Source: the human T2T-CHM13v2.0 reference genome, Homo sapiens
Direction: 5' to 3' (one strand)
Length of the DNA: 64,000 bases
Assembly (NCBI RefSeq): GCF_009914755.1
Contig: NC_060931.1
Positions 17,985-34,400 of the stretch are shown here, piece by piece (position 1 is the stretch's first letter; every line of letters starts with the position of its first letter). The notes under the pieces were generated by a model, which had not been told where the DNA came from, made no database searches, and was given only the letters and a program-made list of their open reading frames with translations. The position numbers and the translations under genes are program-made.

Positions 17985-18600
17985 ACAGATTCTCATGAAT
18001 TTGCAATTTTCTGCATGAATCTGCAACTGGACAGGGTTCCTTGGGAAGGCTGGTCTTTGCTCTTTGTGGCATTAGCTGGGAGCTGGAGAATCTACTTTAG
18101 GACAGCTCTCTCATATGGTTGGCAAGTTGGTTCTGGAAGTGAGCTGGGAGCTCAGGGGGGGATGAGGGCTAGGGGTCTTGGTTTTCCTCCCTCTCGGCCT
18201 CTCCACAAGCTGCTCAGGCTTCCTTACAACATGGTGGCTTAGTTCTGAGAGTGAGCTCACAAAAGAAGCAGGTGAAGCAGAGTGCTAGCCAATGTTGAAC
18301 AATTGGCTTCCTGGGGTAGAAAAAGCCCTAATTTGCAGTGTTTGCTAATTTCCAGGGAGTAAATAATCCCAACATGGCTAATTTCAAACTACTGAACATA
18401 GAATTGGGAAGAGATGTATACAATTAGCTTTCAAGAGCTGGTATAATCTCCAGCACCTCACTGGGTGGAAACTGCCCTAGCCTTGGAGGTCACATAGTGT
18501 CACTTGTACTGTAGTCCATAGACATGTCCAAATGCAAGAGAAAGGAAGTTAGACCTCTATATCTTGATGGAAAGAGTATCGAAGTACCATTGTAAGAAGA
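17985..18600. mobile_element. MLT1-type MaLR LTR relic with a nested MER63A-like hAT element (~18278-18463)
   Basis: MLT1 motif ggcttccttacaacatggtggct. The insert contains aattgggaagagatgtatacaattagc...ctccagcacctcactgg, a MER63 terminus. Confidence 0.6.
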
Positions 18601-18776
18601 ACTGTGGGATGGGAGATATTTTTGCTACAATTTAGAAAGTACAGTAGGCTGCAGAATGGAGATGTTAATGCCTAAAGAAGCCAGGTAGAGAATGAAAATT
18701 GGTAGGGAGGTCAGGTGTCAAGTGATGAGAACAATTGACATGTGCCCTCCATGCCCTGGGAGAAGTAGGCGGGGAG

Positions 18777-19077
18777 GGCTGGGTGTGGTGGCTCCTGCCT
18801 GTAATCCCAGCACTTTGGAAGGCTGAGGTGGGCGGATGACTTGAGGCCAGGGGTTCGAGACCAGCCTGGCCAAGATGGTGAAATTCTGTCTCTACTAAAA
18901 ATCCAAAAAAATTAGCCGGGCATGGTGGTGCATGCCTGTAGTCCCAGTTACTTGGGAGGCTGAGGCAGGAGAATCACTTGAACCCAGGAGGTGGAGGTTG
19001 CGGTGAGTTGAGTTCACACCATTGTACTCCAGCCTGGGTGACAGAGTGAAACTCTGTCTCAAGAAAAAAAAAAAAAA
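18777..19077 (+). mobile_element. Alu (AluS)
   Basis: Dimer with poly(A). TSD aagtaggcggggag / aggtaggcagggag. Confidence 0.95.
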
Positions 19078-19319
19078 GGTAGGCAGGGAGCAGGTGCTGG
19101 TGAACTGGAGACTACCACGTTGGGTGAGCCAAACACTCAAACACTTCTATGGATAGCGCCAGCCCTCAGGCAAGTTGTTGGCAACATTTAACACAGTCCC
19201 AACTCAGAGGCGACTAGAGGAAATAAATTAGTTGTTATATGTTTAAACTTATAAACATATGTAATATGTTTAAAATATAAAGCATATTAACTTGGCAGCC
19301 TGGATTTAAAAAAACAAAT

Positions 19320-19630
19320 GGCTGAATGCAGTGGCTCATGCCTGTAATCCCAGTACTTTGGGAGGCTGAAGAGGGAAGATCACTTGAGACTGTTGACCAG
19401 TCTGGGCAACATAGTATGATCCCATCTCTACAAAAAATAAAAATAAAAATAAATTAGCTGGACGTGGTGGCACATGCCTGTAGTCCCAGCTACTGGGGAG
19501 GCTGAAGTGGGAGGATCACTTTGAGCCCAGTAGTTCAAGATTGTACTGAGCTATGGTAGAGTCACTGCACTCCAGCCTGGGTGACAGAGTGAGAACCCAA
19601 CTCTAAAAACAGAAACAAAAACAAAACAAG
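19320..19630 (+). mobile_element. Alu (AluJ)
   Basis: Diverged dimer with (CAAAA)n tail. Confidence 0.9.
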
Positions 19631-19755
19631 CCCTGCCTTTTAGTTATTTTTAAAAGTCATCAGAAATGAGTAGACCCAAGTGCCATTTGCATTCAAGGCT
19701 CTGATAGATAGTTTCCCTATGGAATGCTGCTTAAATCAGTCCCATTTCATTTTGA

Positions 19756-20144
<389 letters not shown>

Positions 20145-20679
20145 CTCTTGTACTATTTTCCATATGCATCTTTGCTGCAGAGCCCAGAATGAAGAAATGG
20201 CAGCACAGTTGGCTGATTTAGCCGAGGGTTACACATAGCTGGTGACCTAAGGGGTCAGAGTGCTGTTATGAGTTGGAATTCAGGGTGGGGTCCTACAAAT
20301 CCACTCTGTCCTTTGCCACCGCACTGGGCAATGCCTCCTGTGACTCACGGTCAAGCTGCATTACTTGCAGCCTGATTAGCTGTGATTAGCCAGTCCCCAG
20401 ATCCTTCGAACCCTGGTTTTCCTTTCTTCCTGCTAAGATGACTTTTTTGGCAATGTTTGCCCCTGCCAGAGAGGAGGCGCAGGAACAACAGTGACATTCA
20501 CAGTGGGAAATTTTCATACTGGCTGGAAGCATCCACTAAAATTAAATGTACGGATTATTTGTGGGTTTCATTTTTCAGACTATTTGTGTTCCCCAGTGAC
20601 ACAAGTAATTGGAAATTGACTATAGTAGCTCTTTGAGAAGATTATGGAAACATGGTGAACAACGTATGCAGCTGGGTGA

Positions 20680-21048
<369 letters not shown>

Positions 21049-21409
21049 TAGCATACAGTTTTCAATTAATTCATATTTACTGGGAATCTTCTATATTCAG
21101 TTAGGGAATTTGAAGTAGGCCATAGTCCCTGATCTCTAGGGAAGCAGGGTCTACCTGTGACAGATTATACAGCAATACAATGTCAGTAGCCACTCAATAC
21201 AATGGTTTAAGCCAAGAAAAAACTAATATTTATTTTAGGGTTATAGAGTGTACAGTGCCTGATTGGAAGAGACATGAGAAATTGACAAATGGCCTGAACA
21301 AACTATAGATGAGGTAGAAAAATGGGTTGGTCGGATCTGGGAGGGCTTCAAGAGGAAAATTCTTCACAGCCTGAAGAGCAGGTGGTAGCACCAGGGGGTG
21401 GAGGAGTGA

Positions 21410-21774
<365 letters not shown>

Positions 21775-22463
21775 AGAAGACAATTTTTTTTTATGTATAA
21801 GTTTGTTTTGGATTTTTAGTTTCTTGAAATATTTACTTATTGACTCTAAATGGACTTATTATATTGGTAGATCTGCAAGAGAGTACTATTATTTTTAAAA
21901 TACAGGAAAAAGGCAACTTTTTTTATCAGACCAGAGTGGCTGGAATGGAATGTTCTGGAAGGTGGGCAGCTGGCAGCAGGATTGAGTAAATTCCTTTGAA
22001 CCAGACCGTGGTAGACCCAGTAACCAGGTCAAATAACAAAATGTTTTTCTAGGGCGAGATGTTGTTTTCATGAAAACGTAGCATTGCTACATGTTTTGTT
22101 CATGCCCAAGTGTGCTGTCTGTGAAAAAATAAATTGCTTATTTATTTTTTGAATATGCATATGTTAACAAAATTCCAAAAGACACAAAAAGGTATGTAGC
22201 CCCAATTAAGTCTCCTGCTCACCCCTGCCCCCTGGCAAACCAGTTCTTTATTCTAAGACAATTTAGCAGTTTTTGTTAGGAGTTTTTGTTATATGCTATT
22301 TGCCAACAACTAAAAGGTCTCTGGGCTTAGAAAGAGCCAGTATTATCTGCATCATTTCGAGTTGTGCTCAGTTTTAAAATTCTAGTCCTCAACTGCAGCC
22401 CAAAGCCAGCACTGTGTCAAGTGAACACTGGTTGCAAGAATTGTCAACACTGCCCATGTGACA

Positions 22464-22761
22464 TTTATTTATTTATTTTGAGATAGAGTTTCACTCTTGT
22501 TGTCCAGGCTGGAGTGCAATGGCGCAATCTAGGCTCACTGCAACCTCCACCTACTTGGTTCAAGCGACTCTCCTGCCTCAACCTCCCAAGTAGCTGGGAT
22601 TACAGGTGCCTGCCACCACGCCTGGCTAGTGTTTGTATTTTTAGTAGATACAGGGTTTTGTCATGTTGACCAGCTGGTCTCGAACTCCTGGCCTCAGGTG
22701 ATTCACCCATGTTGGCCTCCCAAAGTGCTGAGATTACAGGTATGAGCCACCGCGCCCGGCC
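22464..22761 (-). mobile_element. Alu (AluSq/Sp-like)
   Basis: Antisense dimer with (TTTA)n tail. Confidence 0.95.
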
Positions 22762-23733
22762 AATGCAGCATTTGGTACATAAGTGCATGAGATTCTTTTG
22801 GGCTTTTGGGTTCTAAGGCACAGAACATAGTCAAATCATTTCAGGCCCAAAAAGGAGCTGTTGCCTTGTAAAGAGATCTCACAGAATCCGAGGAAAGAAA
22901 TCAAAATACAAGCAGTCTCTGGGGAATGTGTCTGGGCATGACAAACTGAAGCCTGTCTTCTCTTTCTCTTTCTGATTGTGTGCTGTGGGTTTGTGCAATT
23001 CATCTCTTTGTGCAGATTAGCCCTCTTTTTGTTGTTGAAAATAGTTTGCCCTGTTCCCTAAATCGATACGACCTTTCAGCTCTAGTGCTCACCACCCCTG
23101 TTGGCAAAAACTTCTATGCCTTTTAGCTCAAATTCTTGTGAGAATTGGATTGTACCAGTTTGTCTCCCTGAGCCGGGCCACACACAAGCAATGGCTTACA
23201 CTGGCTGGCTTTGGTCACATGTCCCTCCCTGGTCCCCTGAGCTGTTATTTGAGCAGGAGCAAGGGAAGGTCAAATGGCAGGTTAGAGGTCCCTTTCAGGC
23301 AGTTCAGAATTACCCTTTTGACCTTATCTTGTTTCCACTGCTGTGTGTAACCTCCTTAAGGACAAAGACCCTGAGGGTGTCTAGCTTGGCACTGAACACA
23401 TAGTTTGATGCGCAGCAAATATTTGTTAGTTTTATTGATTTTTGCCCCCCTCTTGGAAAACACTATCCTTCAGAAAGGACTGAAAAGTCTGCATTTTAGA
23501 TATTTATTCAACTGCCATTAAAGGAGTGTGGTGAAGCAGATAGGACTCAAAAATCAGTTACTGCCAGGAGGTAATGATTTGGAGCTGTGTGTTCCTCTTT
23601 TGAACAGGATCAATAGATTATTTTCATTAGAAACACAAGGCAAAAAAATAATAATCACACAGAGGCAGAGCAGCTATAGCCTGGGATATGTCCTTTAGAC
23701 AGAATTTAACCATATGTCTACTCAGCGTCCTGA

Positions 23734-24046
<313 letters not shown>

Positions 24047-24246
24047 CGAGTAATAAACTCTTAATTGGAATATCTTGGAGGTGGCCAGCCCTAGTGAGTG
24101 AAAATTGTGAAATTATGACAAGCATTTAGCCAAGTACAAGGCCTACTTTAATGACTAGATAAGAATCTTTGATAAGAGTAGAATGTTTACATGCAAATGA
24201 TGCTGATAATGTGATTGTCAAGTATCCAGAGTTAATTTTCTTTCAT

Positions 24247-24542
24247 TTTTTTTTTTTTTTTTGAGACAGAGTCTCGCTCTGTCTCCCAGGCTGGAGTGCA
24301 GTGGCGCAATCTCGGCTCACTGCAAGCTCCGCCTCCTGAGTTCACACCATTCTCCTGCCTCAGCCTCCTGAGCAGCTGGGATTACAGGCACCTGCCACCA
24401 CGCCTGGCTAATTTTTTGTATTTTTAGTAGAGATGGGGTTTCACCATGTTAGCCAGGATGGTCTCAATCTCTAACCTCGTGATCCACCTGCCTTGGCCTC
24501 CCAAAGTGCTGGGATTATAGGTGTGAGCCACCACGCCCGGCC
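24247..24542 (-). mobile_element. Alu (AluY-like)
   Basis: Carries the gcaagctccgcctcc / tagccaggatggtctc diagnostics. TSD agttaattttct. Confidence 0.93.
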
Positions 24543-24846
24543 AGTTAATTTTCTTAGGTAGATTCAACATCCCTTTTCCGATTTTGTTAGAATTGATCAT
24601 TTCATTTGCAAACATATTTCTAAAATCGCTACTAATTTCAGAAGAGCTGATTCTGGATGTGTCTTTTATTGGCTTACAAAAATTTACCATCTACTTGTGA
24701 ATATATAATTGCCAAAAATTGGGTTAAATTTGAATTGTTTTCTTGGGGAAAATCTTAGACAAGGGATGACTGAAGCACTTATGTTCTGCTAAGGTAAATA
24801 TATGTGCATCATTTACATTTGGTACATAAACAAGAAGTGTTATCTG

Positions 24847-25228
24847 GTCAGGTGTGGTGGCTCATGCCTGCAATTCCAGCAGTTTGGGAGGCCAAGGTGG
24901 AAGGATTGCTTGAGGCCAAGAGTTGGAGACCAGCTGGGCAACATAGCAAGACCTCGTCTCTACAACACAAAAAAACTAGCCAGGTGTGGTGGCACACACC
25001 TGTAGTCCCAACTACTCAGGGGGCAGAGGCTGGAGGACCACTTGAGCCCAGGAGATCGAGGCTGTAGTGAACTATGATGACAGGTTTCGCCATGTTGACC
25101 AGGCTGGTCTCAAACTCCTGACCCCAGGTGATTCGCCCACCTCAGCCTCCCAAAGTGCTGGGATTATAGGTGTGAGCCACCGCAATTCAGTCTGGATGAC
25201 AGAGCAAGACCCCAGTATTAAAAAAAAC
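24847..25228 (+). mobile_element. AluJ containing an inverted AluS left-arm segment (25079-25184)
   Basis: Sense Alu up to ...gtgaactatgat, then an antisense left arm, then the sense Alu resumes at attcagtctggatgacagagcaagacc. Confidence 0.9.
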
Positions 25229-25334
25229 AAAGTCATTTGTCGGGAAGCACTAGAAAATGGGATTTTGGAAATCAAAGTCTGGACATGGAACAAAGGTAAC
25301 CAGAATAATCTCTCAGCCTGACTTTACCTTATCA

Positions 25335-25750
25335 GGAAGTGGAGAGTGTCCATCCCTTTGACCCAAGCAGGCCTTGTGACTACTTTAATAAAGAGGGCAC
25401 AGAAAAAATGACTCTGGGTCAGTTCAGACATAGCTTTTTGCTGGCCTGGCAGCTTCCAGTTCCTGCCTCTTGGAAGCCATCTGCCTTAGAAGTGTGTTCA
25501 CCATTAGGTCTCTGTGTAGTAAAAAGTCCAAGCCACGTGGAGAGGCCTGGAAGATGTGGCACCTGTAGAGTGATGGAGGCCAAGGAGTACTAAGGCACCA
25601 TACATGAGGGTGAGGAAGCCCTCTTGGAAGCGGGTCCTCCAGTCCTCTCCTGCCCAGCTTGTGACATGGAGAGCAGAGATGCACCATCAGCCGAGACTTT
25701 CTGACCTACAACATCAACAGCAGCTTAAATAGCGGTTTTAACTGTTAGGG
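25335..25750. mobile_element. MLT1-type MaLR LTR relic
   Basis: Motifs ggccttgtgactactttaataaa...aagtccaagccacgtggagaggcc. Confidence 0.6.
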
Positions 25751-25943
25751 TCATAAGTCACTTTTTTCTTCTAGGCCTCTATTGGTTCATCAGAAAAAGG
25801 ACAGTGGTACCTTTTTCTCTGTTTCATAGGGTTGGTGTCAGATTTATCATGAGGTCATGCTGAGATAACAAGTGTGAAAGCTGTTTTGTAGGTTAAGAAT
25901 GCTAAGAAATGGAGCACAGTGGGTAGGCTCAAAACATGTGACT

Positions 25944-26430
<487 letters not shown>

Positions 26431-26594
26431 AAAATTTTTTTTTAAATGTGATGTGTCCCAGTGTGTACGTGGAATGTGACAGATGCTGATTGTTCTTATG
26501 ATCACAGCTCTTGAAGACCCTGGTATCATCTATCATTGGTCCTCAGGTTCCCTTACTGACTCCTATTCTATGTTTATCTTTTTTAAAAAAAATA

Positions 26595-27140
26595 TTTCTT
26601 TTAGAGACAGGGTTTCCTTCTGTAACTCTGTCTGGAGTTTAGTGGTGCAATCATAGCCCAGTGCAGCCCTGACCTCCTAGACTCAAGTGATCCTCCCCTT
26701 CTTAGCCTCCTAGGTAGCTAGGACTACAGATGTGAACACCACCACCCCTGGGTAATTAAAAAAAATGTTTAGAGGTGGGGTCTCACTATTGCCCAGGCTG
26801 GTCTCGAACTACTGACCTCAAGTGGTTCTCCTGCCTCAGCCTCCTGAGTAGCTGGGACTCTAGGTGTGTACCACCACACCTGGCTAATTAAAAAAATTTT
26901 TAGGGATGGAGTCTTACTATATTGCCCAGGTTGGTCTCAAACTCCTGGCCTCAAACTGTTCTTTTGATTCTGCCTCCCAAGTAGTTGGGACTACAGGTGT
27001 GCACCACCACACCTGGCTAATTAAAAAAACTTTTTTAAGAGATGAGGTCTTATGGTCTTAAACTCCTGGCCTCAAGTGAGTCTCCTGCCTCAGCCTCCCA
27101 AGTAGCTGGGACTACAGGTGTGAGCCACCACACCAGTTAG
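26595..27140 (-). mobile_element. Multimeric (four-arm) AluJ-derived tandem array
   Basis: One right arm followed by three ~115-140-bp monomer units, each separated by taattaaaaaaa. Confidence 0.85.
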
Positions 27141-27314
27141 CTTCTATTCTTTAGCCCAGTTACCTGTCATATGTCAGAGGCCCCCAGGGAAGGGTAGAGG
27201 AGATCCTGATTCTACAATTCCGTTTTATGATTCTTGTGCTATTGACATACTGGCCACTCCAAAACACAAGGCTCAAGGAAATTGTGAAAGTGTTAATACC
27301 GTTGTTCTTCCTAG

Positions 27315-27635
<321 letters not shown>

Positions 27636-28609
27636 GGTGATTCCTCTTATTTTAATTTAGACTTGATTTTTGACTGAATACTTTTCCACATTTATTGCAT
27701 CTGTAGATTTTTTTTCTGTATGAACTCTCTGATGTTTCCTAGATGTACATTTTAGACAAAATTTTTTCATGTTTATTACATTTGTAGGGGTTCTCTCCTA
27801 TACAAATTCTCTGCTAAGATGTGAGAAAACATTAATGGTTTTACTACCAACTATTCATTTTACCAACATTTGTAAAGTGTTTCTCCAGTGCAAATACTGT
27901 AGTGTTCTCTAAGGTATATGGACAAAGTTCTTTCCAAATTCCTTACATGTATAAGGTTTCTATCCAGTATTAATTCTCTGATGTTGGGTAAGTTGTGAAC
28001 ACCAGTTAAAGGTTCTGCCTCATTTTTTACACTTGCAGCATGTCTCTCTAGCATAAATCTTGTGTGTGTGTGTGGTAAGGTTTGAGCCCACATTAAAAAT
28101 TTGCCACATTCTTTACATTTTTAGGGTTTCTCTCCAGTATTAATTTTCTGATGTTGAGTAAGACACAAGCATCAGTTAAATGCTTTGTCACACTTATTAC
28201 GTTTGTAGAATTTCTCTTCATGTATGGATTCTCTGGTGTTATGTAAAGTTTGAGTAACAGTGAAAGGCTTTGGCATATGTTTTATGTTTCAATCGTTTCT
28301 CTCCAATAAGAATTATCTTATGTCTATTTATATTTGATGACTGACTGAATATTTTCCCACATATTTTGCATCTGTATGCGATTTTTTCCAACATGACTTC
28401 TCTGCTGTTGAGTAAGTTTTGAGGACTGGCTCAAAGTTTCACCACATTAATTGCATTTGTAAGGCCTCTGTTGAATATGTATACTCTGATGGATAATAAT
28501 GTTTCCACATTGGCAAAAGACTTTCCCACATCTCTCACATTGGTAATGATTCCCTGGAAAGTTAGTACTTTAATGTTTACTAGAATTTGACCTTGGTTAA
28601 AGATTTTCC

Positions 28610-28912
<303 letters not shown>

Positions 28913-28989
28913 AAAGATTTTCCAAGTTTCATTACAATTGTTATGTTTCCAAAATTGATGTTAATATTTACTTTAAAAAATATGGTTCT

Positions 28990-29290
28990 GGTCGGGTGTG
29001 GTGGCTCATGCCTGTAATCCCAGCAGTTTGGGAGGCTGAGGCAGGTGGATCATGAAGTCAGGAGTTCAAGACCAACCTGGCCAAGATGGTGAAACCCCAT
29101 CTCTACTGAAAATACAAAAATTAGCCAGGTGTGGTGGTGGGTGCCTGTAATCCCAGCTACTCGGGAGGCTATGGCAGAGAATTGCTTGAACCCGGGAGGC
29201 GGAGGTTGCAGTGAGCTGAGATCGCACCACTGCACTCCAGCCTGAGCGACAGAGCAAGACTCCATCTCAAAAAACAAAACAAAACAAAAA
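28990..29290 (+). mobile_element. Alu (AluS)
   Basis: Dimer with (CAAAA)n tail, flanked by atatggtt. Confidence 0.93.
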
Positions 29291-30321
29291 ATTATTATAT
29301 ATATGGTTTTGTAGAAGTAGCTAACATAAACCGAGTTTTTTCTGAGATGCTCTATATTCCTAATTTTCTTTGGCAGTTAAATTTTTGTTATTGTAGTTGT
29401 TGCACATTGGTTATCTATATTATAACCTTAGGATGCTAATTTCTTCCCTTCCCCGGAATGGGCTATGTCATCACTCAGGGCTTTGTCCTTCACATGCTCC
29501 CTCTCTTTGCAACTGATGTCACAAAGTTCTGCTGACATACTCTGTGACACAGCTGTTTGGAACTTACCTTATGGCCCCATTCTGAGCTGCTAGCTCCCAT
29601 CTCCCCACCCAGGAAGCAGCTCCTATGGCCGATCCCCAAGTGCAGGGGTCTCTGGGCTTCTGTCTTCCCTGATAAGCCCACACATGGGAGACAGAGAGCT
29701 CAGGGTGGGACTTGGGCTTCTTTCAGAATGAGTCTGTGCCATAGGGCTGCACCTCAGCCTTAAGGACATGCTCAAAATGCCCATCTCTATACGTTGAATC
29801 AAGGACCTCTGGGGCAGACTGACTGACTGAAGTGAGGGTCATGCTTGTAAGTCTTGAAGACTTTTCATCAAACTTTCTGTTAAAATCTAAGATCAAAAGC
29901 AACTACTATCCAAAATATCAGGGTTTGCTGCCAATGAACGGAATGACTTGGAGGAAGAACAACTCATTACTGCTGGGCCTGAGGAACAGGCTGGAAGGGA
30001 GCGGACTTCACCAGGGACTTTCCACAGGTGACCCTGGTTCTGCAGTGATAGAAGCTCCTATACCCTAAGCTGTAAAATTATTCAGAAAGATCAAGGATAA
30101 TGTGTCTACATTTTACCTTGAAACTGGCTGACAATTTACTTCTGGGGATTATTTATTTTCTCTCTTCTCTAATGAATTTATAACCTATTATATCTTTTTT
30201 TTTTCTTTTCTGAAAATCACAGTATTTTTAAAAGACAGTTGCAGGAAAGAACCATGACTTTCTATCAGAGTGCTTGTTACAAGTCCACTCTTCTAGTTTG
30301 TGAAAATGTGCCACTTGCCAA

Positions 30322-30596
30322 TGTTTTTTGTTTCGTTTTTTTTGTTTTGTTTTTTGGATGGAGTCTCCCTCTGTTGCCCGAGCTAGAGTGCAGTGGTGCC
30401 ACCTTGGCTCACTGCAATGTCCACCTTCCGAATTCAAGTGATTCTCCTGCCTAAGCCTCCCCAGTAGCTGGGATTACAGGTGCCCACTGCCATGCCCAGC
30501 TAATTTTTGTACTTTTAGTAGAGACGGGGTTTCACCACGTTGGCCAGGCTGGTCTCGCTCTCCTGACCTCAAGTGATTCACCTGTCTCAGCCTCCC
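30322..30596 (-). mobile_element. Alu (AluS), 5'-truncated
   Basis: Antisense body missing its first ~30 nt, flanked by ccaatgtt. Confidence 0.9.
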
Positions 30597-30768
30597 ACCA
30601 ATGTTCAGTTCTTATCCTTTCTCTTTCTCAGTTCTTGTCCTTCTTCTTGTAAGTTTTTTGAACATGCCAGTGAAAAAGCAGTTCAGCCATTTGGTGAAAG
30701 AAATTTCCATTTACCAACATAGGAAGAGTTCATATTCACAGACTCCAAACATAGATAGAGTCAGCCCT

Positions 30769-31062
30769 CCTCATTCACGGTTTCTGCAATCCTGGATTCA
30801 AAAGATGTAAATCAAAAATATTTCTTATAAAGCATCTCTACTAAACATGTACAGACTTTTTTCTTTATGTTATTTCTTAAACAATAAAGCATAACAATTT
30901 AGGTATTACAAGTAATCTAGAGATTATTTAAAGTATGCAGGAGTATATGCATTGGTTATATGTAAATACTATGCCACTTTATAAAAGGAGCTTATGCATC
31001 CATGCATTTTGGTATCCAAGAAGAATCCTGGAACAAATGCCCTAGGAAGAGCAAAGGAATAT
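30769..31062. mobile_element. MER2-like (TcMar-Tigger) DNA transposon
   Basis: aggtattacaagtaatctagagattatttaaagtat...ggttatatgtaaatactatgcca...ttttggtatcc...tcctggaacaaat. Confidence 0.75.
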
Positions 31063-31479
31063 GGTAAAATGTGTACAATGTTCATAATAATCTAGCTGTT
31101 CACTACAACAGATTGATAAAATGAATAATGGACTCAGACTTCCCTTGGCCTGTATGGCTTGGCTGGCAGCCTCTGAGATGCAGCCCTTTTCTACCAAGAT
31201 GTGCATTAAGGCTACCATGTACAGTTGAGAGTCAGATGGCTCTTCACCAAAAACAGATCACATACTAATTTTAACACATTCCAGCCTCCTAAGAGTGTCC
31301 TGTTGAGAGGCATGCCATCTTGATGCAGGAGAGAATTCGTTAGCAAGCTATGGCAAACATCTGATTCCATGTACTTCCTATGTACCTACAATTGCATATA
31401 ATGAGAAATTAGATAATTTATCAAAAATGGCCTTTACTTTTAAAAATGTTTCTTATTAATTTTGGTTGAAGAAGAGAGA

Positions 31480-34400
31480 AGACACAATGTTAATGCCAGA
31501 AGTGAAAGAGGAGTTATCATTACTGATCCTAGGAACGATTAAATAAAAATAAGGAAATACTATGAACCACTAGTAAAGTATACCAAACATTTAAGGAAGA
31601 AATTGTCCCAATTATCTACAGTCTCTTCAGAAAACAGATGCAGAGTGAATACTTTCAAACTCATTCTCTGAGGCTGTCAGTACCATAATACCAAATCTAG
31701 ACAAAGGTATTACAAGAAGAAGAAGAAAACAGAACAATATTTCACATGAACAAAGATGTGAAAACCCTCAATAAAATAGGAAACCAAAGCTAAAAATGTA
31801 TAAAAAGAATTATATAACACAACCCAGTGAGATTCATTACAGGCAAACAAGGTGGGTACAACATTTGAAAATAAATTAGGCTGGGTGTGGTGGCTCATAC
31901 TTGCAACCCCAGTCTATTAGAAGGCCAAGGCAGGAAAATCACTTGAGGAAAGAAGTTCAAGACAAGCCTGGGCAACGTAGCAAGATTCTGTTTATATTTA
32001 CAAAAGAAAAGAAATTAATTAGTTCATCATATTAATATGTTAAAGAAAAATTATATGACCTTATTTGTACATGCAGAAAAATCATTTGACAAAATCAAAA
32101 CCTATTCATCAGAAAAACTCTCTGAAAACTAGAAATAGAGGGAAGCTTCTTTTATTTAACAAAGAATATCTACAAAAACCCTGCATCTATGCTCATACTA
32201 AATGTTGAAACATTAGCTGCCTTCCTGCTAAGATCAGGAGCAAGGCAAATATGTTTCCTGTCACCATTTTTATATAACATCATACTATAAGGCCTAGTTA
32301 ATGCAATAAGACAAGAAAAGAAAAGGTACATAGATTGGAAAAGAAAAAATAAAACTGCCTTTTTTCACAGATGATATAATTGCCTATGCAGAAATCCCAA
32401 AGGATCACAAAACAAAACTCTTAGAATAACCAACTATAATCAGCAATTATAGCAACTTTGCAGAATGCAAGATTAATATAAAACCATCAGTTGCTTTTCT
32501 ACATATTAGTAATATAATTAGAATTTTTAATTAACACAATGGCGTTTACACTAGCACCAATAACAATAAAACACTTAGTTACAAATCTAACAAAATTAAT
32601 GTAAGATCTATATGAAGAAAACTGTGTTTTAAAATGTCAAAGATCTAAATAACTAGAGTGATAATCCACAATCAAGAACAGAAAGATTAAACCTTGTTAA
32701 AATATCAGTATTTCCCAACTTCATCAGCATATTCAATGCAATCCCAATCAAAATTACACAAAGTTAGTTTGTGTATATTGTTGACACACTGACTATAGAG
32801 TTTAAATGGAAAGGCAAAGGACCAAGAATAGTCAAGAAAATATTTAAAAGAACAGTTAAAGGAATGACACTATCCAACTTTAAGAACTACTGTAAAGCTA
32901 CAGTAATGAAAGCAATGTGATAATGGTCAAAGAGTAGAGAAACAGATCAATGGAAAAAAAAGAGAAAGCTCAGAAATTGACCCACACTAATATAGTCAGC
33001 TTATCTTTGAGGAAAGAGCAAAGGGAATTTGATTGAGAAAAAATGATTTTTCAACAAGCAGTCCTGGAAAAACTGGACATCCACATACATGATGGAAAAA
33101 ATGGGGAAAAAAATCCCCAAACCCAGACTTTACAACTTTTACAAAGATTACTCAAAATGGATCACAGACCTATATAAAATGAAGAACTACAACACTCCTG
33201 GAAGATAACATAGAGCAGAATCTCAATTACCTTGGGTTTGCCTCCTTTAATACAACACCAAAAACATAATTGATGAAAGAAAAAAATTGCTAAGTTGGAC
33301 TATATTAAAAATAACATTTCTTCACTACAAAAGACACTGTTAAAAGAATAAAAAGACAAGTCACAGAATGGGAGAAACGATTTGCAAAACACATAACTAA
33401 TAAAAGACTGGTATCCAAAATATGCAAAAAGAAAAAAAATGCTCTTAAAACTCAAGAATAAGAAATTAACAACCCAATATAAAATAGCAAAAGGTCCAAA
33501 AATATACCTTTCTAAAGAACATATAAGCATGGCAAATAAGCATGCAAAAAGATGCTCAGCACCATATACCATTAGGGCATTAAAATTTAAAATAGCAATG
33601 ACATACTGTCACACACATATTGGTATAGCTAAAATCCCAAACACTCACTACACTAAATGCTGGTGATGATGTAGAGTAACAAGAGCTCTCATTTATTGCT
33701 GGTGAATATGCAAAGTGCTGTGACCAGTTTGGAAGACAGTTTGCCAGCTTCTTACAGAGCTAAATATACACTTACATACAATCCAGCAATCATACTTACT
33801 GGCCTTCATTCAAAAGAGGTGAAAATTTGCATCTACACAAAAATCCATAAATGAATATAGAGCAGCTTCATATGTAATTGCCAAAACATGCAACAGACTA
33901 AGATCCCTTTCAATAGGTGAATGAATAAACTAACTCTGGCGCAACCATACAACAGAACATCATTCACTGATAAAGAAATGAGCGTCCAGCCTTGAAAAGA
34001 CATGAAGAACCTTAAATGCACATGGCTAAGTAAAAGAAGCCAGTCTGAAAAGGCTACATACTATATGATTCCAACCATTTGACATTCTGTGCAAGGCAAA
34101 ATCATGCAGAGAGAAAACAGATCTGTGGTTACCAGAAGTTTGAGAGGAAGAAGGGAGTGGCGAATAGGTGGAGGACAGCGAATATTTTAAGACAATAAAA
34201 CTATTCTTTATAATGCAGTGATGGTGAATACGTGTTATGTCATTATGCTTTTGTCAAAATCCACAGAATGTAAAACAGAAGACATGAATCCTAATGCAAA
34301 CTATGAATTTTAGTTAATAGTACTTTTCTTCTTTAAAATTTATTTCCATAGGTGATTGGAAAACAGGTGGTGTTTGGAGATGTACGTTTTTAGTGGTGAC

